The notes beneath the pieces were generated by a model. The model saw nothing but the letters and a program-made list of their open reading frames with translations, had not been told where the DNA came from and made no database searches. Positions 19,191 to 33,328 of a DNA stretch of 64,000 bases are shown in pieces (the first letter of the stretch is position 1; each line of letters opens with the position of its first letter). A program made the translations under genes and the position numbers. Origin of the DNA: the human T2T-CHM13v2.0 reference genome, Homo sapiens; the NCBI RefSeq assembly GCF_009914755.1, contig NC_060934.1; one strand, given 5' to 3'.

Positions 19191-19695
19191 TTAATGGAAG
19201 AGTGCACACACACATATACATACTCCAAGAGCTAACAACCTTGAGCAAAATAGGAAGGTAGCCTTGCTAAGCATGAGCCTAGAAATTCATAATTTAAACT
19301 CTTGTCACTGGGAGAAAGTTTTGGTCATAGGCAACTCTTTCATTCCCCTAGACAACATAAGGACAGTGACCAGAGTACAAGGTTGGAAGCATACTTTCAA
19401 ATTGTCTGACTTTGTACAGGGGCCTAACATGCAAAAAGGTAATTATACCATGACAGTGTAATTATTATTTTAATTTTTAAAAAGTATTGAGCCACTCTCA
19501 CCTGGAGTGAGTACCAAGTTTTTTCCTAGATTCTTGTCTGTGCTAATAAAAGAATATAATAAATATATTTTTAATTTAAAATTTAAGATCATCCCACATC
19601 CTGACTGGTTTAATCTATATTGCCCACAAAGTTTACCATTTTTAATAGTGTCATAAAAATACAAATCTCAATTTTCAAATATCCCTATATCTATA

Positions 19696-19741
19696 TTAGG
19701 TTGGTACAAAAGTAATTGGCATTTTGCCATTACTTTCAATG
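19696..19741 (+). mobile_element. Half of a MADE1 (Hsmar1-derived MITE)
   Basis: TA-ttaggttggtacaaaagtaattg...ttttgccattacttt matches one MADE1 arm plus spacer. Confidence 0.8.
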
Positions 19742-21169
19742 AATATTTAACGCTCTTTATTCCTCACATTATAGATTTAATCTTTACAACTGCATATGAG
19801 ATAGGTTATGTATTACCATTCCCATTTTGCAAATGAGAAAATAGGCTTAGACATATTCAGTGGTTTTTTTCAAGATCACATAGCTAGTTTTAAGGTGCTT
19901 GACCAGAAATTTGACTGTAAAACAAATTTCCACCAAATTAATTGCATTTTTCTTCATTGTCACTACAAAATTTGAAGAATCTATTTTCTTGGGAAGAACT
20001 ATAGACCTATGAGCATAGTGACAGTTAAACAGTAGTTATCTCTAGGGATGGATTATAGTTTTATGCTTTTCTGTATAATCTGAATGACCTACAAATAGAT
20101 TTGGATTTTATAATAGAAATAAATAAATAAATACAAACAGTTATTCAAAAAAAGTAACCTAAAACTGAGACCAAAATTATAATAAAATGAAAATAAATAT
20201 CAATTGATTAAAATATGTGCAAAGAAATTATATAAAATACTGAAATTTCAAACACACAATCAGTAACTAATAATACAGGCATATGAAATTTTCAACGTTC
20301 AATTGATGCAACCTACAGAGACAACCATTTCATTCATTTCAACTTAATATATCCAAGCTCTTTCATTAAAAGGGCTTTATTTTCTTTGCTATGCCACAAT
20401 TGTTTCACATTTTTTACTGAGGCTTACATATTATTATATAAGGGGCTGCTTATTATTTTAAGCTCTTTATCTTGTTTGTTGACTAACCTTCTGACATCAC
20501 AGTTGCAGCTTCATAAACAACTGCATCCAAAGGGAAGATTTCCACAAGTGAAGTTCCTTTAAATCAAGTAAACTTGTTCAGCGGTATATATTTTAGGTAG
20601 ATGCAATGTTTTCATTCCAAGGCACCACTATTTTTACATCAAATCTAAGCTTCCATTGATTTAACAACTCATATTATCTTTTGAACCACCAAGAAAGTAA
20701 AAGCATGCTACTAATTATAATAATAAGCTTCCTCTGATTGGAAAATGCATCCCAATTTCCAAGATATTATAATGTGGAAAATGGGCATCCTAGAATGCTG
20801 ACCTACTCAACTTTTGGAGTGAGTGGGGAGAATCTGGCAAGGATTAGAGAACACAGGTTCAACTCCCAGGTGTAGTAAGCTTCATCACTTATCTTCAAGC
20901 CTATGTGCTCCTCTGAAAACTGGGGAGAAATGATATCTCCTTAATTTCACATGATGGTTGTAAAAATAGTGAGAAAATATATATGAAAGAAGCTGCCACC
21001 ATGAAAGGATGTTAACTAGATCCAAAATTTGGAAATAAATTTTATTTATTTTCTTAGAGATACCACAAAACTATAAATTTTGTAAAATATAAAGGTTGTC
21101 AAACTGAACACTCGAAGCTAAGGTTCTCTTTCACTTCCCTCTGCATTTTCTTACCCAGACACAGACACA

Positions 21170-21220
21170 TACAGACATACACACACACACACACACACAC
21201 GCACGCGCGCATGCACGCAC
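21170..21220. repeat. (CA)n/(CG)n microsatellite next to exon donor
   Basis: Read directly. Confidence 0.92.
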
Positions 21221-21236
21221 AAACAATATTTGATTA

Positions 21237-21374
<138 letters not shown>

Positions 21375-21849
21375 TTAAATCCATTTACAGAGGTGTAGCA
21401 TTTTGGGTAAGTGTGATGCTTGACATCTCACATTATTCAAAACTGGCACAATCTTCAAGATTATGTATGACAAAAGAGGATGGGCATTTCCATTTACTGG
21501 CCAAGGTAAGTGACTCCTATGGACTACCTGTTAAAAGCAGTGGGTTCTCTCGGCTTATGCCATTTAGACTGTCACTCTATTTACTATGAAAGAGGGTGCT
21601 AGCTCCTAAGCTTTAGTCTATTATAAGTACTTGTAATATAAGTGCTTTCCCCCAGGGCATATATCAGAAGAAAAATAAAACAAAATAAAGAGTCCTAGTA
21701 ACTTCTGGATAAATAGTTAGAAGGTGCTAACTGGAGAAAGACATTTAATCCATCACAAAGCCATGAAATTGAGCCAAATGCATCTTTTAGCTGACCTCCA
21801 GGCCTTTGGTTCTTCTACAGGAATTTCAAAGTTATCAAATCTAAAACCA

Positions 21850-22953
21850 ACCTCACCACTTCAGACATACCAGCTTCCTCCACAACATTCTCATCTCAGC
21901 GAATGTCATCTTTCCAGTCTCCCATGTGAGGATCAGCCGGCAGTTACCTTAGACTCCTCTCTCCCTCATCCTGTATCCTATCAGTCTCCACATCCGGTAA
22001 TTCTGTCTCCTTCAAATCTCCTGAGATCTTTCATTTTCCTGTCTTACTTTCTCCTAAGGTACAAATAGATTTCACCTTAGTTCAAACCCTCATTTCTCAC
22101 CCAGATCTCTTTTTTTATATTTGTATTAGGTTCAGAGGTACATGTGCAGGTTTGTTATATAGGTAAATCACATGTCATGAGGGTTGGTTATACAGATTAT
22201 TTCATCATCCAGGTAATAAGCACAGTACCTGATAAGTAGTTTTTTGATCCTCTCCCTCCTCCCAGCCTTCACCCTCAAGTGTGCATGTTCATGTCTTGCC
22301 CAGATCTTAATTACACTATGGCTTCGTAATCAGTCCTCTGCCTATACACAAGCCCTTCCAATTCATTTTCTACACTGCCATCTATTGACCTTTCTAAATC
22401 ACAAAATTTTATCAAAGCATTCTCTTGCTTAGAATCCTACTGCAGTTCCCCCAAAGCCTTCCTTACTGAGTGAAGGCTCAGTAGCATAGCATGCAAGACT
22501 ATCCATCAGCTAACCTGTGTCTCCCACTCTGGCTACCATCTCCTTACCATCACCCTCCGCATACTTACTCCATGCTACTCAACTAATTGTGGTCCATCAA
22601 TGTGCCTGCCCTCTGGACCTTTGCATATATCGTTTCTTCTATATAGGATACATTCTTACTCTTTATTTGCTTAACTCTCACTTGTTGTCAAGAACTCATA
22701 CAGATGTTACATCTTCCTGAACAGTCCCAGTCCTCAAATACCCAGTCTGGGCTGGTGCTCTTTCTCTTTATTTTTATAACACCTTGTGCATGCCTTTCAT
22801 GAAAATGTAATCATCTGTTCTTTTTTCTGTCTTCCTACTAGACCCCCAGCTTCCAGTGATCTTGAGGGAAGGGACAGATTCTTTTCATCATTATGCCCCA
22901 GAAAGTGGCTAGCACAGTATCTGTCACAATACATATCTGTTGAATGAATGAAG
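21850..22953 (+). mobile_element. L2 LINE relic
   Basis: Pyrimidine-rich L2-like body ending in tgttgaatgaatgaa. Confidence 0.6.
22109..22298 (-). mobile_element. Short L1PA15/16-like 3' end inserted in L2
   Basis: gtacatgtgcaggtttgttatatagg 3' UTR; TSD CCCAGATCT at 22100-22108 and 22299-22307. Confidence 0.85.
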
Positions 22954-22988
22954 TAATTAATAGTAATACTTGCTGGAGTATATCCCTG

Positions 22989-23782
22989 TGATATGGACAG
23001 GAGACAGGAAAATATTGGGTAGAAGAGAGTGGTTCCCTGGCAAAGGCCCCACCCTTAAGCCTGGAAACCTGTGGCCCTAAACAAGAACAAGCATTTCTGC
23101 TTTTGCAACCAAACATTCCTGTTTTGCCTTTTTGTTCACTACGCCCCCCTATCCTGTACCCATATAAACCCCAAACCCCCAGCTCCACAAGCAGACAAGG
23201 AGATGAACAGAAAAGCAGAATGGCAGAATGGCACAGCAGAGAAAAGAGAAGGAGCATCTGAACTCTGAGAGGAGTTCGGCTGTGGATGGTTGGAGAAGAG
23301 ATTGGCCACTGGACAGCCAAACTCCAGGGGAAGATCATCTTCCCACACCATCCCCTTTCCAGCTCCCCATTCATCCCACGGAGAGCTACCTCTACCACTC
23401 AATAAAACCCTGAATTCATCCTTCATGTCTATTTGCAACCTGATTCTTCCTAGACACTGGACAAGGACCTGGGTACCAAGAGGGCACTGAGCTGTTTAAC
23501 ACTTAAGCTATCTGCAGACAGCAAAGCTAAAAAAGTGCACTGTATGTAATACATGCCCACTTGGGCTTCTGGAGTAGCAGGCACCCATACCTAGATACTG
23601 CTGCAGGGACCACATGGAATTTGCTCCTGCCAGCACCCAAAAGCACTTACCTTGGCTCCTGCACCTGCCTGTCTGTATGCTCCCCTTCCCATTAAGGGTT
23701 TGAGCATATACAGCAGCCAAACAGATGAGCCACACCCCTGTTGCACATACTGCAGGGGGGTTCAGGGAACTTTCCCATCTCA
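22989..23782 (+). mobile_element. MER50-like ERV1 solo LTR
   Basis: TG...CA ends, 4-bp TSD CCTG both sides, TATA-like catataaa at 23161, AATAAA at 23401. Confidence 0.88.
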
Positions 23783-23802
23783 CCTGGACCAGGAGACAAG
23801 CT

Positions 23803-24170
23803 AGTAGGGGTTCCTAACCTTGTTTGTGACATGGACTCCTTTGGCAGCATGTTGAGACCTAAGGACCTCCCTCAGAATAATGTTTCTAAAGGTGTAAAAT
23901 AAAATACATGGAATTGACAAAGGAAACCAGTTAGGTTGAAATATATTTACCATACTATAATAAACCAATGTTGTGATACAGTAATGTATGTGCTTCTTTA
24001 TTATGCTATTGAATAACAAGATATATCTGTGGATCTAATAACTATTGTGATTATAAAATAGCAATAAGAGTAAAAGACATTTCTAGACCTGCAATCACTG
24101 TATGTGATATGAAAATATCTGTGGTGCCTATTGGTGACAGAGGTACTGCTAAAATAATTTGTTTGTTTCC
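23803..24170. mobile_element. hAT-Charlie-like DNA transposon fragment (MER119-like)
   Basis: aggggttcctaacctt terminal motif and Charlie-like internal sequence; family assignment tentative. Confidence 0.5.
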
Positions 24171-25015
24171 TATATTTATAATTGACTGAAATGCTTAATA
24201 ATAGTTAGAGGTAGTGAAGAAAGGATGTAATTCTTCCTATCCAAGTTTAGCATCATTAAGATCCCTTTTTCAATGGGAATTCCTAGAAGGCAGGGACCTT
24301 CAGGAAAGCCAACAGAGGGTAGCAGGGCAAAGTCTACTCTTAGTATCACTGAATATTTACCAAGGGGTAGACTGTATGCCTCTGTATGCACTGCTGTTAT
24401 ATACCAGCAGATATATTATTAACAGAAATTATTAATTATGAGACTCTGGACTGTTTTCATGTTTTACTTAAAAAGTACTTGGGCTGCTTTCTGGACTATT
24501 TATAAACAATGAAATATTACCAGCTACCAGCCTCCCTCAAACTCTCTGGGACTCTGTTTCTTGATATATATCAATATAATAACACCCTACTTCTGGATAT
24601 ACTGTGAGGATTACTTTAAATAACATTTGCAAAGTCTTAACCAGTGCATTCAATAAACAGCTACTAGTAGGAGTTTTCTCCAGTGCTACAGAGGCTTAAG
24701 GCATCAAATGCATTAAGAATAGTGTTAGAAATGTTTTATGCCACAACCCAGGCTTGTTACCAATGCCCCTGACAAAATAATTAATTTCAGGGAAAATGTA
24801 AGTCAGTAAAACTAGAATTCTGACCTGGACTTAAAATGATGTATTTGAAACTCTTAAATACGGCCTCTGGCTTATCATCCTCTTACCTGTTATACCTGAA
24901 ACATAATCATCTCTCAGAAACATGACTGGGAAAGTTTACAAAGCAAGTCTGCATTTGACACAATAGTCTTTACTGGGGTATAATTCATTTAAATGATGAA
25001 AACGTTTTGCTTTAC

Positions 25016-25111
25016 CTGGTATTCTTCATAAGTGGTAATGTAATGTGTATAGACGTTGCATAGACCTGAAATAACAACAGTCATGTTCTGCATCCCATGA
25101 GATGCAAATTC
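25016..25111 (-). CDS. ASAH2: Neutral ceramidase coding exon (EFASHG...YEEYQ)
   Basis: 96 nt, CCTAG| and |GTAAAG; YTHYITTYEEY motif. Confidence 0.97.
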
Positions 25112-25826
25112 CTAGGAGAGAAAGGTAAAACCCAATAAAATTACTCTTCATCTTTACGTATATTTTCATTCTGTTATCCTTAACACACAAGCATTGATTA
25201 CACTATTAGTTTAAGATATTTTTCTTAATAAAATTTTTCTAACTCTGCACTACAGTTGGACAAGTCAATGGATCTACAAATACCTTGATGATCACAGTTG
25301 CAGATGTAGAAACTTCTTACTACTAAAATAGGGATTTAAAAAATCAACTTATTACAAAATCTAATGGGTGGCTATTAGCTAACCAGAATAGTAATTTCCA
25401 GCGCTAAGTAACAAGACATTTTTGACATGTCATTTTAGAACCATTTACAATACTGCCTGAATATAAAGAAAATTCAAAATACAGCACAGATAAAATACAG
25501 AATTCCCAAAATGTAATACATTTTATTTAGACTGTTCACAGGAATTTAAGATATTGAGGTACTTAGAGGTTACTTAGTATTTAATGTATACAAACATTAT
25601 CAAATTTTAAAATATTAATACATAAATACCAATAAAATATTTTTAACCTAATGATAATGCCCTTATGTTTTTTAAGTCTGGTTCTTATACTACCAATATT
25701 TCATATTAACCTTAGCCATTAATTTCAAGAAATGTGGAACTCTAGATATAGGATCATAGGGATAGGATATACTTTCCTCTTCACCAAACATGAACATGTA
25801 GATATGTTATTTTATTTTTAACTTAC

Positions 25827-25866
25827 TGCTTGAACTGCCTCTCGAAGTCTTCGTCCAGACATGGTC
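25827..25866 (-). CDS. ASAH2: Neutral ceramidase short coding exon (TMSGRRLREAVQA)
   Basis: 40 nt, CTCAG| and |GTAAGT; completes PGEFTTMSGRR. Confidence 0.96.
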
Positions 25867-27047
25867 CTGAGTCAAGAAAAAAATTATGTAAACGTTTTCC
25901 TACTAGACGTATGCAGAGTACACAGAAACACTGGCAGTGAAAGCCAAAAAATTACCCTGGCTCATCACACAATAGTAAAATATGTAGGAACCCAATGACT
26001 ATGAAAAGCTAAACTTGAACTTTTTTTCTGCCTGTCCTAGCTTCAAAATAAATCCTAAACTGAAAACAGTCAATTTGACTAAAAGAAGGAAACAGAATCA
26101 GTGGTTATCACTGGCAAAAATCATCATTATTTTCCATTCTTGAGTCAACAAAATGATCAGTTGCAGTCTATGTTTATAAAAGCTGAGGTAGGTAGAAAAT
26201 ACATTACTGTATAAGTGTAATAAAGCCAATGTGGCTGAATCAGAGGTGAGTAAAGGGGAGAGAGGTAAGAAATCAGATATGAGAGCTTGATGAAGAACAG
26301 ATCATGTAGGAGCTTGCAAGTTTGAGGATTTACCTGGAATGAAATGAGAAGCTACTGGAGGGTTTTGAGCAAAGACATGTTATTATTTAATTTATACTTT
26401 AAAGGGCTTAATCTAGCTGCTGTGTTGAGAAAAAAAAACTGCAGAGGAGTAAAGGCAGAATGAAGCAGACCAGACAGCAGGTTATTTCAAAAATCTGTGT
26501 AAAAGATCGTGGTAACTTAGACCAGGAAGGGAAGTGACAGAAGGTGTTGGGTAGAGTGTACAAAATTTGCTGAAGAATTTAAAGAGGAAGAAACAGAAAA
26601 AGAGGGAATTCAAGGATGACTCCAAGAGATAGGACCTGCTGGAAAGATATAAAATTGCCAGTTACTGAGATAGGAAGACAACATATCAAGGAGTTTTAAA
26701 ACATTCTTCCATGCTTTTAATACCTAATCTGATTATTTCAAGTACCTGTATTTTAATATGACTGCAAATCTTTCTACTGATATAATAACTCATGGCATCA
26801 TTTTAATTTGGGATAAGTTTTTTTTAATTTTCATGTCTGCCTCAGGTGAGCCATCAATAATAAGCATAGAGATAGTTATTCTTCAGAGGCCCCAGCAAAA
26901 GAGGGTAGGAATATTTGCCACTGTCACCAAACAGTACAGTAGGATACCAAGGGGTCAACACAGAATGATCTTTTCATGATAAGAAGCAATTCCAACAGAA
27001 CATACAACAAACACATTTTTAACTAAGTAATAAAAAGAAAAACTTAC

Positions 27048-27142
27048 GTAAACTCCCCGGGGATGGCAGTTATGGCCAAGGACCCAAGGGTAATAATCTG
27101 AACATCAACAATGTCTGGATGCCAGGGGTGAGGTTTTGATAG
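27048..27142 (-). CDS. ASAH2: Neutral ceramidase coding exon (LSKPHPW...IPGEF)
   Basis: 95 nt, CTCAG| and |GTAAGT; PGEFT motif with the Zn-ligand Glu. Confidence 0.97.
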
Positions 27143-28168
27143 CTGAGAACCCAAAACAAGAAAATTATGTTAGGGATAACACTCTCTCTATGGTCAACAG
27201 ACATATAGTGGTCCCAGAATTTCCTCTAGTTTCTAATTTATGATGTAGTATTAAATATTCTATATGGGCATTTATGTCCTAGTCATAACATGAGAATTTC
27301 AAATGCCAAAGCCCCATTAACCTGCAGAAATCAATGAAGTTTTTGGTGGATCTGTCATCGTGAAATCACAATGTGTAACAGATAACCAAACATTTTCCTA
27401 GAGTACTGTTGGTGACTATTCTTATACACAATAAATAAGGAATTCCATTTGGAATAGTTTAACTTAATAATTTCTCTTTTTATTATAATCGCACTTTAAG
27501 TTTACAGTTTCCAAGTCTTACTTTATTTTCCAAGATTTCTCCCAAGAGAATTTAACCCTTTCCTTATTCAGAATACTATAGCCTGTCCCTCTATTCCTTC
27601 CTTTCCTCTCTTCTTTCAAGAATTTTAATAGGATATTAGGGAAAAATGTATTTTTAAAATGCTTCTAACTCAACAATCCAAGTTTTTATGAATACTGAAA
27701 TGACCTTTTGACATTTAGAATGCAAAATATATGTTTCAAAGGAGTGTAAAAGAAAATTGCTTTAGTTGATAATGTTGCCTGAACTGTGAGAAAATTTAGA
27801 CAGGAACATGTTTTGTTTTAGATGACCTGAAATATTTTCTTCTGCAGAAAATTTGGTGCTGACTCCCTTCTTGGAACCAACAAAAATAAATTCTGAGTAA
27901 GATAAATGTTCATCTTATTCTGCCTTTCCCACTGTCCTAATTGTTGTATTTATTAATCATAAGTGCAATAGGTAAATCAATATAATTCATTGCCATAACC
28001 TTCATTCCTTAGAGTCATGGAACCCATTTTTTAATATTAAAAACTTGATATGGGAATATCTAAATAAGACTTCCCATCTCAGTAGATATCTACCATTCAT
28101 TACCTGACAGTTCACATATTTAAAAATAACAATATGCTAATTTCACTATGATAACGAAAATGCATTAC

Positions 28169-28284
28169 TTCTCCGGTGTGAAGAAGGATGGGCTTTGGTT
28201 TATGACATTCTTTAATTTCTTCAGATGGCTTTCCCAGGATCTGGTCCCGAATGGTGTCCCAAAATGGATCCCCTTCTGTTTTCC
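28169..28284 (-). CDS. ASAH2: Neutral ceramidase coding exon (KTEGDPFW...LHTGE)
   Basis: 116 nt, AATAG| and |GTAATG; CHKPKPILL motif. Confidence 0.97.
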
Positions 28285-28719
28285 CTATTAGAAATGTTAT
28301 AATTAGTATACTTCCTTGAACCAACCCTCTCAAAAAAGTCATTATCTTGACAAATATTGTACAATAATCTTTTAAGGAGTTTCAGAGATTTTATTGAGGT
28401 TGTTGTTCAATGATTCCAAACAGTTTGAGTAATAGAATAGAAAAAATGTCCTGTGCATCCTAAGACATGAGCCATTGTTTAATTAGATCTTCAGTGTGGT
28501 CAAGAGAACGACAGAGTATATTTTGTCAATGTCCTTAAAGTTTTGTTTCTATTACTCCTGCTCATTCATGTTGCAAATAAAAACAGTTTGACATAATTAA
28601 CTGCAGATTTGTGGACTAAATCACTTTTTTCCTGTTTTGAAAATGAAAAATTACGCCTCCAACTCACAATACCAGTTGTCTGACTTATGGTCCCTGAAAT
28701 AATTTCTCCTGAATTTAGT

Positions 28720-28725
<6 letters not shown>

Positions 28726-28770
<45 letters not shown>
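28726..28770. repeat. (CA)~22 microsatellite
   Basis: Read directly. Confidence 0.96.
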
Positions 28771-28773
<3 letters not shown>

Positions 28774-31526
28774 GCAGTAAAAAACAAAAATAAACTTCAT
28801 ATGCATAATCTGGGGTAAAAGGTTTTGTAACTATAAAACTTATGAATTAAGAATCTACACTCTATTCAAAAAATGTAATAATTATAAATGTCTGTGTAAC
28901 ATAAACTGAAAACTCACAGAAATGAAGAAAGAAATACACATTTCAGTAACAATACTGAAATTTTCAATAACCCACTCTCAATCATGGATAGAACAACTAG
29001 GCAGAAGATCAACAGAAAACTTGAACTAGACCTACCAATCTATAGAATACTCCACCCAACAATAACAGAATATACATTCTTCTCACGTGCACATGAAATA
29101 TTATCTGTGGTAGATCATGTGCTGGCTAAAAGACAAATCTCATTAAATTTTACAAAGTAGAAATAATACAAAATATGTTTTCCAAATACAGTGAAATGAA
29201 ATTAAAAATAAAGGAAAAAATGGAGAAGCTTGCAAATATGCAGAAATTAAGCAGTATGATCTGAAATAGCTAATAATCAAGGAAGAAATCAAAGGAAAAT
29301 CTGGAAATACTTTATCATGAATGAAAATGAAAACACAACACATCAAAACTTATGGTATGCAGTGACAGCTGTGTTCAGTGAGACATTTATAGTTGTAAAT
29401 GCCCATATATTAAGAAAGAAGAAAAATCTCAAACCAATAACCTAACTTCCACTTGAAGATATTGGAAAAGGAAAGCAAACTAAATCAAATGTTGAAAAAG
29501 AAGGAAATAATCAGTATTCGAAAGAAAATCAATTAAACAGTGAGTAGAAAGAAAACAGAAAAATCAATGAAACCAAAAGCTGGTTTTTTGAAAAGGTCAA
29601 CAAAATTGGCAAAACTTTAGCTAGATTGACCAAGAAAAACAGAGAGAAGACTTAAATTATTAAAATCAGAAATTAGAATATTAATACTGACTTTAAAGAA
29701 ATAAAAAGAATTATAAAGGAAAACTATAAGTAGTTGTACGCTAACAAATTAGATAACTTAGATAAAATGGAAAAATTTCTAGAAAGACAAACTACCAAAA
29801 TTGACTCAAGAAGAAATAGGCAATCTAAAAAAAAAAACTATAAAAAGTAAAGAGATTGATTCATAACACATTTTTAACTACTTACAACAAATAACAGAGC
29901 CAGATTGCTTTACTGCTGAATTCCACCAACCAAAGAATTAGTACTAGCTTTTCCAAAACTTTTCCAAAATAATAGAAAAGGGAACACTTCCTGATTCATT
30001 CTATGAGGCCAATATTATCCTGATATAAAACCAGACAAAGATATCACAAGAAAAGAAAACTACAGAACATTTTCTCTGATAAATAGGACACAAAAACCTA
30101 CAACAAAATACTAGCAAACTGAATACAGCAACACAGAGAAAGAATTGTTATAGAACATGACCAACTGGGATTTATTCCAGGAATACAAAGTTGGTTAAAC
30201 ATTCAAAAACTGATTAATGCAGTACAACATATTAATATAATTTTTTAATTACATGATAATCTGAGCAGATACAGAGAGAAATATTTGCCAAAAAACTAAT
30301 ACCATTTTATGATAATAACACTCAACAAACTAGGAATAGAAGTAAATTTCCTCAACCTGATGAAGGATTAAAAACCCAGAGCTAACATTATAGTTAATGA
30401 TGAATGACTGAATGCTTTTTCCATACTATTAGGAACAACACAGAATATACACTCTTTTCACTTTTATTCAACATTGTTCTGAAGGTTCTAGGCAGGCAAT
30501 TAGGCAAGAAAAAGAAATAAAAGGCATTCAGATTGGAAAAGAAAAATTAAAACTATTAATATTTCTATTTTAAGATGACATGATCTTGTATAGAGAAAAA
30601 TCCTAAATCATCCATTAAAATATTAGAACTAATAAATGAGTTCAGCAAGGTTGTAGGATATAAGGTCAATACAGCTATCTGTTGTATTTCTATACATTTT
30701 CTATGAACAATCCAAAAATGAAATTAAGAAAAAATTTCCATTTACAATAGCATAGAAAAGAGTGAAATACTAAGAAATAAACTTAACAAAAAATACAAAA
30801 TTTATTTTTTGTATTTGTCTTAAAATTACAAAACATTGTTGAAAAAAATTAAAGAGGGTCTAAATGAATCCTAAAACATCTATGTACGTGGATCAGATTA
30901 CATAATATTGTTAAGATGGCAATACTCCCCCAAATTAATCTGTAAATTCAATGATATTCCCATCGGAATCCCAGCTGACTTCTTTGTAAAAATTTACAAG
31001 CTGATTCTAAAATTCCTGTGGAATCTCAAGAAATTCAGAAGTCAAAACAATCTTGGAAGAGGAGGACAAGGTAGAAAGACATACTTTCTGATCTTAAAGG
31101 AAACAATAACCAAGAGACGGTTATACTGGCACAAGGTTAGGCATATAGATCAATGGAATAGAATTGATCATCCAGACATAAAGCCATGTGTCAACTAATT
31201 TTTAACAAGTGTGCCAAGATTATAGAATGGGTAAATAATAATCTTTCCAATAAGTGGTGCTAGGATAACTGAATAGCCATATGCAAAAGAATAAAGGCAG
31301 GCCATTACCTCCATGATACACAAAGTTTAACTAAAAATGGATCCAAGACTTAAATGTAGAGCTAAAACCATAAAAATCTTATAAGAAAATAGGGGGAAAT
31401 CTTCATGACATTGAATCTGGAAAAAGATTCCTATATATGACACAAAACCATGAGTAACAAAAGAAAATTTAGACTTCATAAAAATTAAGAATGTTTGTGC
31501 TTCAAATGATACAATCAATAAAGTGA

Positions 31527-31811
<285 letters not shown>

Positions 31812-32412
31812 AAAATATTTTTATATCACACATCTGATAAGGGAACGTATACAGAATACACAAAGAACATTTATACTCAATAATAAAAAGAAAAATAACC
31901 CAAATTTTAAAAGGAGAAAACTACGTAAATGACATTTCTCCAAGGGAGATATATATGTGGTTAATACGCACATGAAAAGGTGTTTGACATCATTAATTAT
32001 TAGGGAAATGCAAATCAAAACCACAATGAGATATCTCTCCACACCCACTAAGGTAGCTAGATTCAGTAAGTCAGATAATAACAAGTATTGGCAAATACAT
32101 TAAAAAATCAGAAAACTATACACTGCCTGTGGAAATGTAAAATGGTGCAGCCATTTCAGAAATAGTCTGGCAGCTTCTCAGATGATTAAATATAGAGTTA
32201 TATAATCCAGCAATTGCACTCCTAGATATATACCCAAGAGGAAAGATGAAAACAAACACCCACATAAAAATCCTATGAATATTTATAGACTATTTATAGA
32301 TTCATAATAACCAAAACATGGGATAACCCAAATGTTCATCAACTGAGGAAGGTTTAAACAAATCTGATATGTTGATACAATGGAATATTATTCAACCATA
32401 AAAAAAGAATGA

Positions 32413-32705
32413 GGCTGGGAGCAGTGGCTCACACCTGTAATCCCAGCACTCTGGGAGGCTGAGGCGGGCGGATCACTTGAGGTCAGGAATTCCAGACCAC
32501 CATGGCCAAATGGTGAAACCCCATCTCTACTAAAAATACAAAAATTAGCCAAGCGTGGTGGCAGGTGCCTGTAGTCTCAGCTACTTGGGAGGCTGAGGCA
32601 GGAGAATAGCTTGAACTTGACAGGTGGAGGTTGCAGTAAGCTGAGATGGTGCCACTGTACTCCAGCCTGGGTGACAAGAGCAAAATTCTGTCTCAAAAAA
32701 AAAAA
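32413..32705 (+). mobile_element. Alu (S-type)
   Basis: Full dimer with A tail. Confidence 0.96.
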
Positions 32706-33016
32706 TGCATGCTACAATGTCAATGAACCTTTGAAAGATGATGCTAAGTGAAAGAAGCCAACAAAAAATGCCACATATTATATGATTCCATTTGTATTAA
32801 GTGTCCAGAATAGGAAAATATGGAGACAGAAATATTAGTGGTTGCTTAGGTCTGGGGGCAGCGGGTGCGGTACATGGTCATGTACAAACCTGGAAAACCA
32901 GCAGACCCTGAGTTTAAAAATTAATAAATGTATTGGCTACAATGAAACCTGATCAGAGAACAGAACCCAGAAGCTTCAGAAGCTGAAACCATAGATTTTA
33001 CTGGACTTCACCTTAC

Positions 33017-33098
33017 CCTGTGTAAAATTGAGGCCTCCAACTCCATCAATAGTGCCAGCCGCAAAACTGTAGCCCAATGCTGGTTTACATGTTTTTGA
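33017..33098 (-). CDS. ASAH2: Neutral ceramidase coding exon (SKTCKPALGYSFAAGTIDG...TQ)
   Basis: 82 nt, TTTAG| and |GTAAGG; conserved GYSFAAGTxDG motif. Confidence 0.97.
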
Positions 33099-33223
33099 CT
33101 AAAGGAAAAGTTTTAAAAACAAAACAAAAATGAAAAAGACAAAAGTTAAACTGAAAGTAAATAATGAGATCAAACCAAAACTTCACCCTTGGGGCATAAC
33201 CAGTGTGTCTCAGCAGCACTTAC

Positions 33224-33328
33224 TGCATGTGTGGAATTGAGCCAGACAGTCACATCTGTCATATCCACCCACTGGTGTGCTGAAGCCAGTGGTCCTGTTA
33301 CCTCCTGGGAGGCAGAGGCATAGAGTTC
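33224..33328 (-). CDS. ASAH2: Neutral ceramidase coding exon (ELYASAS...NSTHA), symmetric 105 nt
   Basis: TTCTAG| and |GTAAGT; 35 codons, phase 0-0. Confidence 0.96.

Noticed and set aside
19696-19741. MADE1 as a hairpin/miRNA precursor
   Set aside because: Only one arm is present, so no palindromic stem can form
22838-23783. Overlapping ORFs up to 186 aa
   Set aside because: Lie within a solo LTR; no recognisable protein motif
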